64,000 nt of DNA from Octopus sinensis (lineage: Eukaryota), in NCBI RefSeq assembly GCF_006345805.1, contig NC_042999.1:154504001-154568000 (forward strand), given 5' to 3'. Shown piece after piece: positions 23,338 to 35,460 of the stretch. The notes under the pieces were generated by a model. The model was not told the origin of the DNA and ran no database searches. It saw only the letters and a program-made list of their open reading frames with translations. A program made the position numbers and the translations under genes. How positions within the stretch are numbered: position 1 is the stretch's first letter; each line of letters opens with the position of its first letter.

Positions 23338-24250
23338 TTACTTAAAGTAGCTATAGGTATGTTTTTTCCAATGCGTGCAACGGTAAACGCATTCTTTAGA
23401 CGTATTTACAAGAGTATTTTTCGAGAAAAGGATGAAAAATTGTTCTTCAATACAGAGCGGACAAAAAGATTTACCTTTGTCACATGGGAAAGATCTAGAT
23501 AGAATTTTCCATTCCAAAAAATATTGTTTATTATGTTCATTTAGAGACCAAATTAATTTACTAAGCTCAGTAGTGTTGTGTTTATTGATATGTCTAAATG
23601 TAGAATAATGGTTGGATAATCTTTTCGACGACTGAGACGAAGAACTACCTATATAAAAAAATACATTAGAACCAGAGGTAATTTTACATTGATAAACAGA
23701 GTTTCTAGTCTTAGAATTACCGCTAAGGAAACGAATTCGATTCAAATTTCTATCAGAAACATTGATATTGCTGTTATTATTGTTGTTAATAATATCATTG
23801 TTATTACTCTCATTAAGAAAATAATAACATTAAGAAAATGATAACGCATTAAGAAAATAATAATGCCTTTATTTTCATTAAGAAAATAATAATATTATTA
23901 TTTTCATTAAGAAAATAGCATTTAGAAAATAATAATGCATTTACTAACTTATGGTTATGTGAAGAAATGATTTGTGAAAGATTTTTGGTGTTTGAAAATC
24001 CTATTCTAATTCGGTGTGAATTGATAATAGAATGGTATTTGGAATTTTTGGAAAATTCTTGTCTATATAAGTTAAGGCTAATATCTCAAAAATTGGCTTT
24101 AGTTTTATCATCATCGAAAATAGTGTTTAAGTCCATGTTACCGAAAAAATTAACTAATCTATTTTTAACTCTGTAATTTTTGGTTAGAAACATTTTGAAG
24201 GTTGAGTCGCGATATAACTTACTAATGTTCTCCTTACATTATACATTTAC
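23338..24250 (-). pseudogene. PLE RT-thumb/GIY-YIG remnant
   Basis: RIRIGFSNTKNLSQII.SHNHK; SVYQCKIT..FYIGSS..KRLSNHYSTF..TELSKLIWSL..WKIL..CPLCIEE..CTHWKKH. Confidence 0.8.
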
Positions 24251-24305
24251 GTGCGTGATAATCACATTTGGATAAAATAGCTTATGGATGTATTTTGTTC
24301 CTTTT

Positions 24306-24395
24306 CTTCCCTGACGAGATGAATGCATTGTTTTACATCATTTTTATTCCCTTTGGAATAATCTCAATGCTTTTCTTCGGAACAAACGTTGGAAG
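24306..24395 (+). ncRNA. Hammerhead motif with ~60-nt stem II (GAAA decayed to GGAA)
   Basis: cttcc CTGACGA ... ggaac aaac GTT ggaag. Confidence 0.5.
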
Positions 24396-24629
24396 TATAA
24401 ATGGTTTGAAAAACACCTGCATTTGACTCCATTTAATTAATTCATCCATGTGATACAAAAATACTTCACTTAACCCTGGAATTTCTACCTTCATGGGTAG
24501 TCTGTAATATCTTTGGCGAAATTTTGAATTATGTGAATTTTTGCTACCCTGGTAACTATTTATCTGTTTTTTCCTTGCTATTCGTACACACTGAAAAAAT
24601 ATACATGCATACATACATACATACATACA

Positions 24630-24665
<36 letters not shown>

Positions 24666-24759
24666 TACATGGTGCGTAAGGTATTTAAGGACATACCTTT
24701 TTGGGGTCATTGCTGCATTTTTTGCTAACTCTGTATAATCTTTGTTTGAGAAAATAATA

Positions 24760-24906
24760 ATGACAGATCCTCAGCTTACTCAAGAAATGAAGAGGCATGC
24801 TGTTATTGTGGTTATAAAGGCTAAGCATAGCCATTAAGAAATATCTCGAGCTTTAAAAGTTGTCAGATCTTTCATCTACAAAGTTTGTAAGGAGCTAGAG
24901 ACTTAA
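24760..24906 (+). pseudogene. Tc1-like transposase N-terminal HTH remnant
   Basis: MTDPQLTQEMKRHAVIVVIKAKHSH*EISRALKVVRSFIYKVCKELET*. Confidence 0.55.
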
Positions 24907-24907
24907 G

Positions 24908-25212
24908 ATGGAAACATATCACCACTTTACACCCATTTTCTCCTCAGCAAACCAAACACAATACAGATTTTCCACAACAATCCACCTACTACAATCATTT
25001 TTTAGACCTAAATCAGAGAAACAGAGATCTGAAATGGAACAAAATGTACAAGAACAGCCGAAAATAATCAACTTATCAAAGAAAATCCTAAGTATTACAC
25101 TAACCAAAAGTCTAGCAAGAAGTTTAAAGTTCATACCAAGCCCTCGCAGATCGAACCCGAATGAAATTAAGATTTAGGATAAAACTATGGATTTCTGCCG
25201 AAAATTACGCTG
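24908..25212 (+). pseudogene. Divergent PLE fragment spanning the ORF1/ORF2 junction
   Basis: FFRP...QPKIINLSKK..SLKFIPSP..NEIK..DFCRKLR aligns with the start of the 19.4-kb ORF2; tcattttttagacc at 24995-25008. Confidence 0.8.
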
Positions 25213-25259
25213 AACGACTTGCATAGATGATTTGTTTAGAGTGATCAAATGTACGTGCT

Positions 25260-25460
25260 GTACATTAGCTCACCCTGTCCATCAAATTGACGTTACCTGA
25301 TGAAGTGCACTGTGTGCCATATGTCAGGTGTCGAAGTGGTCGCAGAGAAACGCGAGATGAAATGCTTTGGTGCTTTGGTCAAGAACACAACCATTGTTGA
25401 GGAATTGGTACCACGATCTCGCGATCCTGCGTGCTTCACCCAACCCACTAGGCCATGTAT
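25260..25460 (-). mobile_element. tRNA-derived SINE head (family C-like), diverged
   Basis: Minus strand catggcctagtgg...gatcgtggtaccaattcc...gttgtgttcttgaccaaagcac. Confidence 0.55.
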
Positions 25461-25470
25461 GTATAAATAC

Positions 25471-25557
<87 letters not shown>

Positions 25558-25579
25558 AAATATATATAGAACAGAAGTA

Positions 25580-25700
25580 GCTCTGACGAAAGTAGTACTA
25601 ATTTCTTTAGGTCGTTCAATTTGCCTCAGTTGATCAATTGACCATTTGAATAAAACTATTAAAAATGTACCTATAATGACTACTGGAAACAGCTGTAAGC
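25580..25700 (+). ncRNA. Type I hammerhead motif with 82-nt insertion in stem II
   Basis: gct CTGACGA a agtagt...actact g GAAA, palindromic acagctgt, GUA, agc. Confidence 0.65.
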
Positions 25701-25757
25701 CAAATTTGCTCTAATAAAGGAATTATATGTAATGACCATTATTTTAAACTTGTTTCT

Positions 25758-25818
<61 letters not shown>

Positions 25819-25819
25819 T

Positions 25820-26160
25820 AGATATGTTTCGACCAAAGATTGGTCCAGGCCATTTCTAACTTAATAGCAACACCTGATAAAATTATCTAAATCTTGTTTA
25901 ATTCAAGTTTTGTTTATGGTCCATTCAAGTAGTGAGTTGTTGTTGAGTGCGTTGTATCTAGGTATGCGTAGCTTATCCGGTATTCCTTGAAGAAATCTGT
26001 CCAGATTCCGTTTAAAGGTGATGGGATCCTTTTCTTCTTTGTTCTCTTTCGGGACAATGTTAAACAGACAATGTCTGTAGAGGAAAAGAGATTATGTCGC
26101 AGTGTACCTATATGCTGTGATCCTGAATTGGGCAGGGGACGTATGGCTTGTGGTCCCAGC
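25820..26160 (-). pseudogene. LINE (CR1/L2-like) 3' end
   Basis: Minus strand FNIVPKENKEEKDPITFKRNLDRFLQGIPDKLRIPRY; relatives at 14.7 and 34.1 kb. Confidence 0.55.
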
Positions 26161-26170
26161 CTTGGATGAA

Positions 26171-26216
<46 letters not shown>

Positions 26217-26261
26217 TATACACATGCGTATATTCATACATACATACATATAGACAGACAT

Positions 26262-26312
<51 letters not shown>

Positions 26313-26789
26313 TAAACATATATATATGAACGTATGTGTGTATGCGCTCAATATTCTTAATGGTCAATGACGGTCTTCCTCGGTCACGATTGGCCAGTCA
26401 TCATATACATACATCATACATACACACATATACACATACATATACATGTACATGTGACGATCATGGTCATGAGGCATATGATGTTGACTATACAATGCGG
26501 TCGTTGCCCTCAGCTGGTTGCTGAGAGAACCATTTGCTCTTAATGAAAGAAAGCAGTGTCGAAGCCATCTTACAGGAAACAGCGCTGTTAGCTGTCTGTC
26601 CACGAAGTGATATGATCAATTGTAGATAAGTAGATGCAGCTTAGCTTACAATGTGATAAGGGTCCTTAGTTAAATAATACATAAAAGACAGAGCAAATAA
26701 CGACATCTACAATAACAAAAGCTACAACTAAAACAGCATCCACAACAACACTATGGCAAGGACACTCACAACGAGAACTGCACATTGAG

Positions 26790-27045
26790 CAATAGATACT
26801 ATAACAACAACAATAGTAACAACAACAGCAACAAAAATAATAATAATAATAACAATGACAATAATAATGATAATAATAATAACAATAACAATAATAATGA
26901 TAATAATAATAACAATAACAATAATAATGATAATAATAATAACAATAACAATAATAATGATAATAATAATAACAATAACAATAATAATGATAATAATACT
27001 TATAATAATAATAATGATAATAATAACAATCACAACAACAACAAC

Positions 27046-27111
<66 letters not shown>

Positions 27112-27112
27112 T

Positions 27113-27156
<44 letters not shown>

Positions 27157-27181
27157 AATAATAATAATAATTATAATAATT
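26790..27181. repeat. Compound (AAC/AAT/GAT)n array with ~5 copies of a 30-bp higher-order unit
   Basis: aacaataacaataataatgataataataat repeated 26851-27000. Confidence 0.85.
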
Positions 27182-27965
27182 CATAGGGATATTGAAGATG
27201 AGATAGACAGAGAAAAAGAGATAGCTATGAATGACTAAAATTGATTTAAAACCGGAAACGGAGGCTCTAATCTGTGCTGCCCAAGATCTAGCATACAAAA
27301 TAGACAACACATCAGAAAGTGATTAGGGCAGAATGGTGATACCGTATGGCATGTTACCAGTTAATGTACGCTACTAGCCCAGAAAGAATATAAGAGACGT
27401 CATGAAAATATAGCAAGGATTGTCCATTGGACACTTTGCTACAAGTATGGATTTGACAGTGCAAAAAAGTGGTACGAACATAAACTCGAAGGCATCATCG
27501 AAAACGATAATGCAAAGAACCTATGCGATTTTATGATTCAGTGCGACCATGAGACAGAGAATAGGAAACCAGACATAGTCTTAATTGAGAAAGAAAGTAA
27601 ACGATGTTGGATCATAGATATAGCTGCCCCGCTGACAACAAGGTATGCGATAAGGAAGAAAGAAAAGTCGATAGATATGACAGGTTAGCTGTCAGGAGGT
27701 TAAGCAGTTGTGTCGCTGAAAAAAGTGGTAGCAGCAGTACAAATAATTGTCGCAGCCCTTGGAACAGTGAGTAAAAATCTTGAGAAGTACATGGAACAAA
27801 TAGGGGCTGCAAAAAGGGTGGAGCACTTGCAGAAAACAGTACTACTTGGAACCGCTCGAATACTCCGGATGGTGCCCGAAAGATAAAGGGTGTTACCTTA
27901 GTTCACTGGTATTGAACAGCATACTCCATAGTACATCTCGAGTGTTAGGAGCTGCGCAGAGACAA
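27182..27965 (+). pseudogene. R4/Dong-type non-LTR element, 5'-truncated, RLE endonuclease remnant
   Basis: LKPETEALICAAQD, KEYKRRHE, RKPDIVLIEKESKRCWIIDIA, LQKTVLLGTARILR; flanked by (AAT)n. Confidence 0.85.
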
Positions 27966-27972
27966 CAACAAC

Positions 27973-28044
<72 letters not shown>

Positions 28045-28065
28045 CACAACAGCAGCAGCACCACC

Positions 28066-28148
<83 letters not shown>

Positions 28149-28184
28149 GCGTTTTCGAATCCTGTTCGCAGCACCAATGCTCAC

Positions 28185-28700
28185 ATGCCGTCTGATCTTA
28201 ACTGATTGGAAGTGTTATTATGTACGTTGTTTTGTCTTGGTATAAAAGATGGGCTACAACAAATATTCTGCTCAGTACCACAGATTTGCATGTCAGTTTT
28301 TTTTTTTTTTACCTTAAACAGTTGAGCATGTCCCTTAGTGGCTGACGATATGTGCATCTCTGATCATGAGCAGAAGTAGTGGGGGTGCATCATAGCCCTG
28401 TGTTCTTTGGGGTTTGAATAATTCACCTTTGGAAACGTGGGTGTTTCGTTCAACATCCTTAAACAACCTTTATTCAGGGACCTTTTGAGCCAGATGGGAT
28501 ACTCGACCTGAAGAAAATTCTAACTGGACCCCCACCTGCAAGATCATGCGCTATTTATCCTCATAAGAGATTATCATGTCGCACACATAAGTTTGTGATG
28601 CATGTACCCTTATCAGACGGGTAGTCATGATGGTTATACTGGGCATTGTATATTTTACCTTAGTGTCATTTTGACAGGATGCACTGCTCTCTCACTCAAT
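28185..28700 (+). mobile_element. (AAT)n-tailed non-coding retroposon (SINE-like)
   Basis: 3' end tacccttatcagacgggtagtcatgatgg...ctctctcactc(AAT)n also found inverted at 48470-48572 and 51258-51368. Confidence 0.6.
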
Positions 28701-28820
28701 AATAATAATGATAATAATAATAATGATGATGATGATGATGATACCAACAACATCGATAACGTCATCAAGAACATCTTCAGCTACTACTATATTAATAACA
28801 CCAACAGCATTAATGAGTAC

Positions 28821-28859
<39 letters not shown>

Positions 28860-29324
28860 GAGCAACACTATTTTCATGTGACCTATATCGACATAATCTT
28901 AGGCGAATAAAATAATAAAGTGAAGCGAAAACGAGGCTTTATTGAGCGCATATTTCTGTATCTTCGTTGTTGCTTCCGGTTTTCGGTTTTTCCTTGTCAA
29001 ATGTTTGCATAGATAAACGAGCAAATTAAATAATTTCTAGGTAGTGATTGAAATGTAAGAAACAGCAGTCAAATATTTTTCAAGTCACTCAGTGTATTCC
29101 TATGTAGATAATATATAGATGTGTACAGTCACGTTTAAACATGTGTATACACACTCGGACATAGACAACAATACGCTGCAGAAATTTCTTGGGAGAAAAA
29201 GTCCTCAACAGGGGGTCGTTATAACCCTTTGGTGGGGGTGATTCATATAAGATTTTGTTAAAATTTATCTCTAACAAATTGGTTATACTTCTGCAATGCA
29301 CAAAATATTTTAATAATTTTTTAA

Positions 29325-29430
29325 TAGGCGCAGGCATGGCTGTGTGGTAAGACGGCGATGAGCTGGCAGAAACGTTAGCACGCCGGGCGAAATGCGTAGC
29401 CGTATTTCGTCTGCCGTATTTCGTCTGTGG
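29325..29430 (+). mobile_element. SINE B head joined to a truncated SINE A head
   Basis: taggcgcaggcatggctgtgtggtaag followed by gagctggcagaaacgttagcacgccggg. Confidence 0.65.
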
Positions 29431-30002
29431 AGTGCTCAACCACTTGCATATTGGTTCCATGATCTGATCAAGTGAAACCATCTTCGTCTGGAGTGCCAGG
29501 ACGAAGATTATTTTTGAGGGACGTTATTTCTAGAAGAAAAAAGTAGTTGGGCCCACACAGCATCACATATGGTAATTTCAAAGCCCTTTGGTTGTTATAT
29601 CTTGCAAATTTTCCTTCCTCTTTTAGTTCAGCCATTTTGAGCTTCGATATTATGCTGACAAGATTCTTTCGTGTCGTTGCAGGTATTTTTTAATTGTTTC
29701 GTCATTTTGTAAATTTATTTTTCAGCATTTTTAGCTCTTTATTTCCCAAAAAATTTATTTTACCATTTTTCTTTTCAATGGAACCAACCTTAATCCAATA
29801 AGTGAATAAATACCGAGTTGCCATGTAATTATATATCGAACATTCAATTCCAGAATATCCTGGTTACTTATTTTCTCTGTCTATTTTCTTTGATTCTGTT
29901 AATCTTGTCACGAAGTTGGCAGCTCCTCAAAATCAATACTGATAGAGTTCTTTTCTCCTTTTCTTCTATGTTTTAAATTGTATTTTTATTGTTCCATTTT
30001 CC

Positions 30003-30050
<48 letters not shown>

Positions 30051-30239
30051 CAAATTCTGCCCTGCATGTTAACAAGATCTAACAAGTCAGAAGGACAACC
30101 TTTTTTGTGCATATATTTTCTTAATAGATAGAAAGATAGAAAGTATATATTTTCTTAATCAGATAGAAAGAGAGATAATTTTTTTTTTTTGATTGGATAT
30201 ACATAGATAGATATTGGTAGATAAATAAGAGATAAATTC

Positions 30240-30327
<88 letters not shown>

Positions 30328-30759
30328 CTGGTTTGGTCGATAGATTGGCAAGGAAGTGGTGGTTGATAGGAAAGACAAAATATGCAACATCCTCCTTCTT
30401 GATTCCGATGGATCTGATTTCTTCTCACCTTAATCACTTTGCCTACCGCTTACCTGTTATAATTCACGTCTGATGGAGGTTTAAGGTAGTTTATCAACCT
30501 AGTAGATATAACAGCTAAAGCCACATGAAACTACACGTCAAGGAAGGGCATACTGGATATTGAAGTTCAAGGTGCGTAATGTCCGAAAAATGAGAAGGTA
30601 TGGTCATGCCTGGATTATCATGTACTGTCTTATCGGGACTGACCAGGGACTAAATAACAACAATAAAAAAGGACACATGAAATGATGTAGCCTTAGATAC
30701 AACACGTCTGTTTAACACAATGGTTCCCGACCGGGGTCCATACAGCCCTCGGGAAGGTC

Positions 30760-30980
30760 TTTATTCTTTTACTTGTTTCAGTCATTTGGCTGCGGCCATG
30801 CTGAAGCACTGCCTTTAGTCGAATAAATCGACCCCAGGACATATTCTTTGCAAGTCTAGTACTTATTCTGTCAGTCACTTTTGCCGAACTGCTAAGTTAC
30901 GGGAATGTAAACACACCAACATCGGTTGTCAAGCGACAGTGGTGGGGTGACATACACAGACACACAAACATGTGTGTGTG
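30760..30980 (-). mobile_element. SINE family B, 3' half
   Basis: Family-consensus match. Confidence 0.75.
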
Positions 30981-31054
30981 TGTGTGTTAAATAAAATGAG
31001 ACAACAAAGCCAAGGCTGTGTGGAATTTTCAGGACATTTATAAAGAGAAAGTTA

Positions 31055-31102
31055 GTCTTACAGCTGTTTCTGGGATATTAAAGATATCCCTTCGTCAGAG
31101 AC
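31055..31102 (-). ncRNA. Minimal type I hammerhead ribozyme motif, canonical core
   Basis: gtct CTGACGA a gggatat/atatccc a GAAA, acagctgt, GUA, agac. Confidence 0.8.
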
Positions 31103-31236
31103 GATCTGAGGTGGTTAGAGGGAAATATTAGAGTTCAATATAAGGAGTTATTTTGGAAAAATAAACTTACATAGTTTTACCTGCCATCTTGGGTCTTCTG
31201 GATACCAATACCTCTAATCTCCACTGGTTATGTCCC

Positions 31237-31493
31237 GTGAGGTCGGCTATGTCTCAATCTGGTGTGTGTCGGTACATTTGTAGCGCTGTTTCTAAGTTAT
31301 GTGTTATACGTGCAGCTTCCTTTTCCCCCCCTTTTTCCTCTTCTCTCTCTTTTTTTTTTTTTTGTTATAACAAAAAAAAGAGAAAAGAGGGGAAAAAGGG
31401 AAGATAAAAGGAAGCTGTATATATAATACATAACTTAGAAACAGCGCTACATCTGTACCAATGCATATGAGATTGAGACATAGCCGACCTCAC
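31237..31493. repeat. Spacer-less fold-back palindrome (~130-bp arms), PLE-derived
   Basis: Centre gtta|taac at 31367/31368; diverged arms. Confidence 0.8.
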
Positions 31494-31784
31494 ACACTTC
31501 TCATGAGGAATTTCAGAAGGAACTTCGTGAGACCACTACTGAGACGCTTCCGAAAAAAGAAAAGCCGTTAGAAAACCGATTAAAGCAGCTACTCCATCTA
31601 AGAATATCTAAAGATAGGAATTGTATTCCAAAATATCGTCGGACTATGGATAACTAAATTACAACAGATCCATTATATAGTCCATTTTTTTATATTATAG
31701 TGCATTATTGTACCATTCAAAACATTTTATTCTTTATCAACATTACACAATGCTTCAAGCGAACTATAATACTCTCATATATAT

Positions 31785-31828
<44 letters not shown>

Positions 31829-31846
31829 ATATATATATATATATAT

Positions 31847-31889
<43 letters not shown>

Positions 31890-31920
31890 TAGATATAGAT
31901 ATAGATATAGATAGATAGAT

Positions 31921-32007
<87 letters not shown>

Positions 32008-32009
32008 TT

Positions 32010-32155
32010 CGACGAGCTTCTTTCCGTTCCCGTCTACCAAATCCTCTTACAAAGCAATAGTAGAAGATACTTGCCCAAGTGCTACACAGTGGGACTAAAC
32101 CTGAAACCAGGTGGTCTGGAAACAAACTTCTTATTATATACCCACATCTGCACCT
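32010..32155 (-). mobile_element. SINE family B, 5' half
   Basis: cgtctaccaaatcc...gaagatacttgcccaag..cagtgggactaaacc. Confidence 0.65.
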
Positions 32156-32454
32156 AACAATAAAGTAAGACACGTTGAATAATATATTATTCAAGAAACC
32201 AATACAGTATGCCCACAACATGATCATCTTTGATCACCGGTTTGCTCTACGTGAGGTTAAAAATACACTCACAAATCATCATTAGTCAATGACAGTTGAA
32301 TTATCACATGTCAGTATCGTATAATATTCATTATATTTCTCTTTCATAGTCTAATTATTTTTCTAAATGTTTATTAATTAACTATTTATAGTAATTTCAT
32401 ATAACTTTGTTGAAAACATCGGTGTTAGATAAAAAAAAAATCGCCATTTTCTTG

Positions 32455-32975
32455 ATTTAAGAAATTTTGCCGTAAAGGAAAATTTGTCGTAAGACAAAAT
32501 TGCCGTATGCACAATGATAAACTGTATTTATATCAGTATTTCTCACGACCATCGGAGCGCGAAGCACTCCTCACGAACGCAGTTCGTGAGATGGTTGTGA
32601 TCTGTAAACAGTTTTGAGTAGGAACCGGAAAAAGAAGAACGAACACGCAATGCGCATGTGCACACTCAATTCGTAAAACGGAAGAAAATAATTAAAACGT
32701 ATCTCAAAATAAATGGGAAAGAAGAGTAAAAATGCAATGTCAGCCAAGTTATATGATGGTTTGCCTGCCGCGACTGACACCTCTATCACGCTTTGCTGCA
32801 AATTTCTTATTTAAAATTAAAATGAAGTAAGGTTTCATAAAAGCATTAAATATGCAAGACTTTATTCAACGGAAAAAATTAAAAGAATGTGATAAGGTCA
32901 TTTAAAACGAAATTTCTTCGGGCGAATCTTCTTACAGCAAAAATGTTTACTGCGAAATTTCCTATAACCTGAAGA
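32455..32975. mobile_element. MITE-like element with inverted subterminal repeats
   Basis: Three gaaattt(t)gccgtaa-like units at the left end and three inverted units at the right end. Confidence 0.5.
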
Positions 32976-33839
32976 TTCATAACATCTATGACCCTGCATT
33001 TACAATAGAAACTTCTGGAGCAGAGCTATATATAGTTCTAAGCAGAAAATATATCTGGAATATATAGATTTTTCCATTTTTATCATACATTCAGCTCACT
33101 TAGAAGATGAAACTCATTTCCGAAATCACAAATTAATTTTCCAGTTTTAATCCAAGACAATAGCTTCGTTCTGCTTCTGGCTTTTAGAATATTCTATTAG
33201 ACCAGAAAAGATATGTTCTGTACTAATTGTTGAATTGTGGTTTATTAATTTCATTGATGCTTTCCTTACCAATCGAGAAAATTGGTAAAATCTGTGCCAT
33301 TCCGGTGATCTAAATACATTCCGAAAACATCTATGTTATGAGTTCGCACCTCAACCAAGTCATTTTTTGGCTTTCATCCTTTTGGAATCGATATAATTAA
33401 TTGTCATTATCTCTAAGATTGAAATCTTTTATTTCTTACAAGAGCAACAGGTTGACAATGGTTAGAATGTCAGGAATAATGCTTTGTCGTATGTTCTTGC
33501 TCATAAAAAAATTGGGTTTAAATCTCAGTGAAGTCGACTTTGCTTTTCATTCCTTTTCTTCAAGATCGATATAATAAAGTACCAGTCGTACTGGAGCCAG
33601 TGTAGTCGACAAACCTGCGCCCAAAATTGTTAAAGTTGTAGGCAAATTAGGAACTATTGTGTGTGTGTGTGTACGAGTGAGTGGACAAATGAAAGAGAAT
33701 AGACATTCAACACATTTTGTTGGAGTTACATATATTACTATTTAAAATAGTTAAGGCAGCGAGCTGCCAGAATCGTTGGAACTTTGGGCAAAATGCTTAG
33801 AGACATTTTTCCTTATTTACGTCCTAAGTCTATATACAT

Positions 33840-34045
33840 ACAGCTGACATAATTGACAGCTAGCTCCAAAGGATTTTTTCTTATTCTCTCTCTGTTTATT
33901 TCCTCGTGTTCCTTTCTGTTGAAGAGCGTAGGCTCGAAACGTAAACAAATTTTTCCCGTTCCCGAGCGTTAAATTAATACACCTGTTTGTTGTTTATACA
34001 CCGATCTTCGTCTTTTGTTTTTCCTGTAAATTTCAACTACATTTA
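33840..34045 (+). mobile_element. Solo PLE pLTR-like unit (family 3)
   Basis: tttCTGTTGAagagc-gtag-gctcGAAACG...CGTTaaa. Confidence 0.55.
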
Positions 34046-34049
34046 TACT

Positions 34050-34400
34050 TAGATAGGTTTCAGCCAGAATTGACCCAGGTCATGTCTAGCTTAATAGCAC
34101 TACCTGGAAAAGACATTTAATGATGTTTCATAATATTTCCTTGCTTTGGGCACCGTAGCCCATTCGAGTATTGTTTGAAGAGATACATCCGAGTGTAGCT
34201 GGTTTATCTGGAATTTGTTGATGTTAGTCCAGGATCCCTTTGAATGTTATAAGATCCTTTTCTTCTTTTACTTGTCTTGGTTATGATGTTAAAAAGAGCA
34301 GGGCCAGTTGAGGTGAAATAAGCCTGTCTTAGTATTATGATGTGAAGCTAGCATGATTTTTGTAGAAGACGTATGGCACGTCTCGTAAATATTTCTAACC
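34050..34400 (-). pseudogene. LINE (CR1/L2-like) 3' fragment
   Basis: Similar to 25820-26160. Confidence 0.45.
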
Positions 34401-35460
34401 AAACATATTATTTCACTTGCAACGATCTCCGACGCATGTTTGTTAAAGAAAATCGTGAACAGATTTTATAATTACGAGCACGTGATTAATCAATCCAGAT
34501 GGAATTGCAAGGTTATGTTGACCTTAAGAGAATTTAAGTTCGTGTTTAGATTAAAGATTTATATAATTCAATGATCACAGCTAAATTTATTTTTTAAAGA
34601 TTAAATTTTCTGAACAGCGCTCGCCATAAATTAGTCAAAACCATCATTAATCATAGATCATTGGTTTATTAACCCCAGTGGTCATTAATCTCTAAACACT
34701 AATTTGTCAACACTTTTAATTACTAATTAGCTAACATTACTGATCCTTAATTATCGAACGATATTGATTATTGATTAGTCAACATGACAGAATATTTTAA
34801 TTCATTTTTTATCTTAAATTTTTAAGTTGTTCTAGTTATTGGACTGCGGCCATGCTGGGGCACCGGTTTGAAGGGTTTAGTCGAACAAACTTGATCTTTA
34901 GCAAAATGGGTCTCTAGTGTTTCATTGGTGTAAGGAGCTCATTTACAATTATTTCCATTATAGGTTTTTGACTTAGCAAGGACCCCGTATGTGGTAACGG
35001 GTATTTTGGAAGTTTCTGGCTTATGATTTCATGATAACATCATGCTAGTTCTAGTTGGGCTTTTGAACGAATTTTCATGTGAATATAACGTTACTGGAAA
35101 ATTCTTCAGCAGCTTGGACAATATATGCGTTAGTTAAGAGTTCTGACTATATACATTTATAAACTTCGCCTTATCACAAATGATAGCTTAAAATACATAT
35201 ATGAGTGGGTGTAAATGTATATGTAAGATATATTATATATATATATAGATAGATATATAGAGGGAGAGAGAGAGGGAGAGAGAGAGGGGAGAGAGAGGTT
35301 AAGAGAGGTAATGGTGTCAATAAAACCTAAAGGTGTCAAGTAATGCTGAGTAAGTGCTATGGATAGACCATAGTTAAGCTCCAGGTTCCGTTATTATGCG
35401 AATGAGTCAAATGTGGGTCATATACCAGCATGTGTGTATATATAAAAAAAAAACCAAGGC

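Larger units (their letters stand above)
22918..24440 (-). mobile_element. 5'-truncated PLE of a second family with inverted pLTR
   Basis: 22918-23085 is a diverged reverse complement of 24278-24440; GIY-YIG remnant lies between them. Confidence 0.75.

Noticed and set aside
25815-25860. Minus-strand gacc-aatcttt-ggtc-GAAAC hairpin as a hammerhead
   Set aside because: No CUGANGA-type core or stem I; more likely a LINE 3' stem-loop.
26666-27310. Poly-Asn/Asp, poly-Ile/Met and poly-Tyr/His ORFs
   Set aside because: Trinucleotide microsatellite artefacts.
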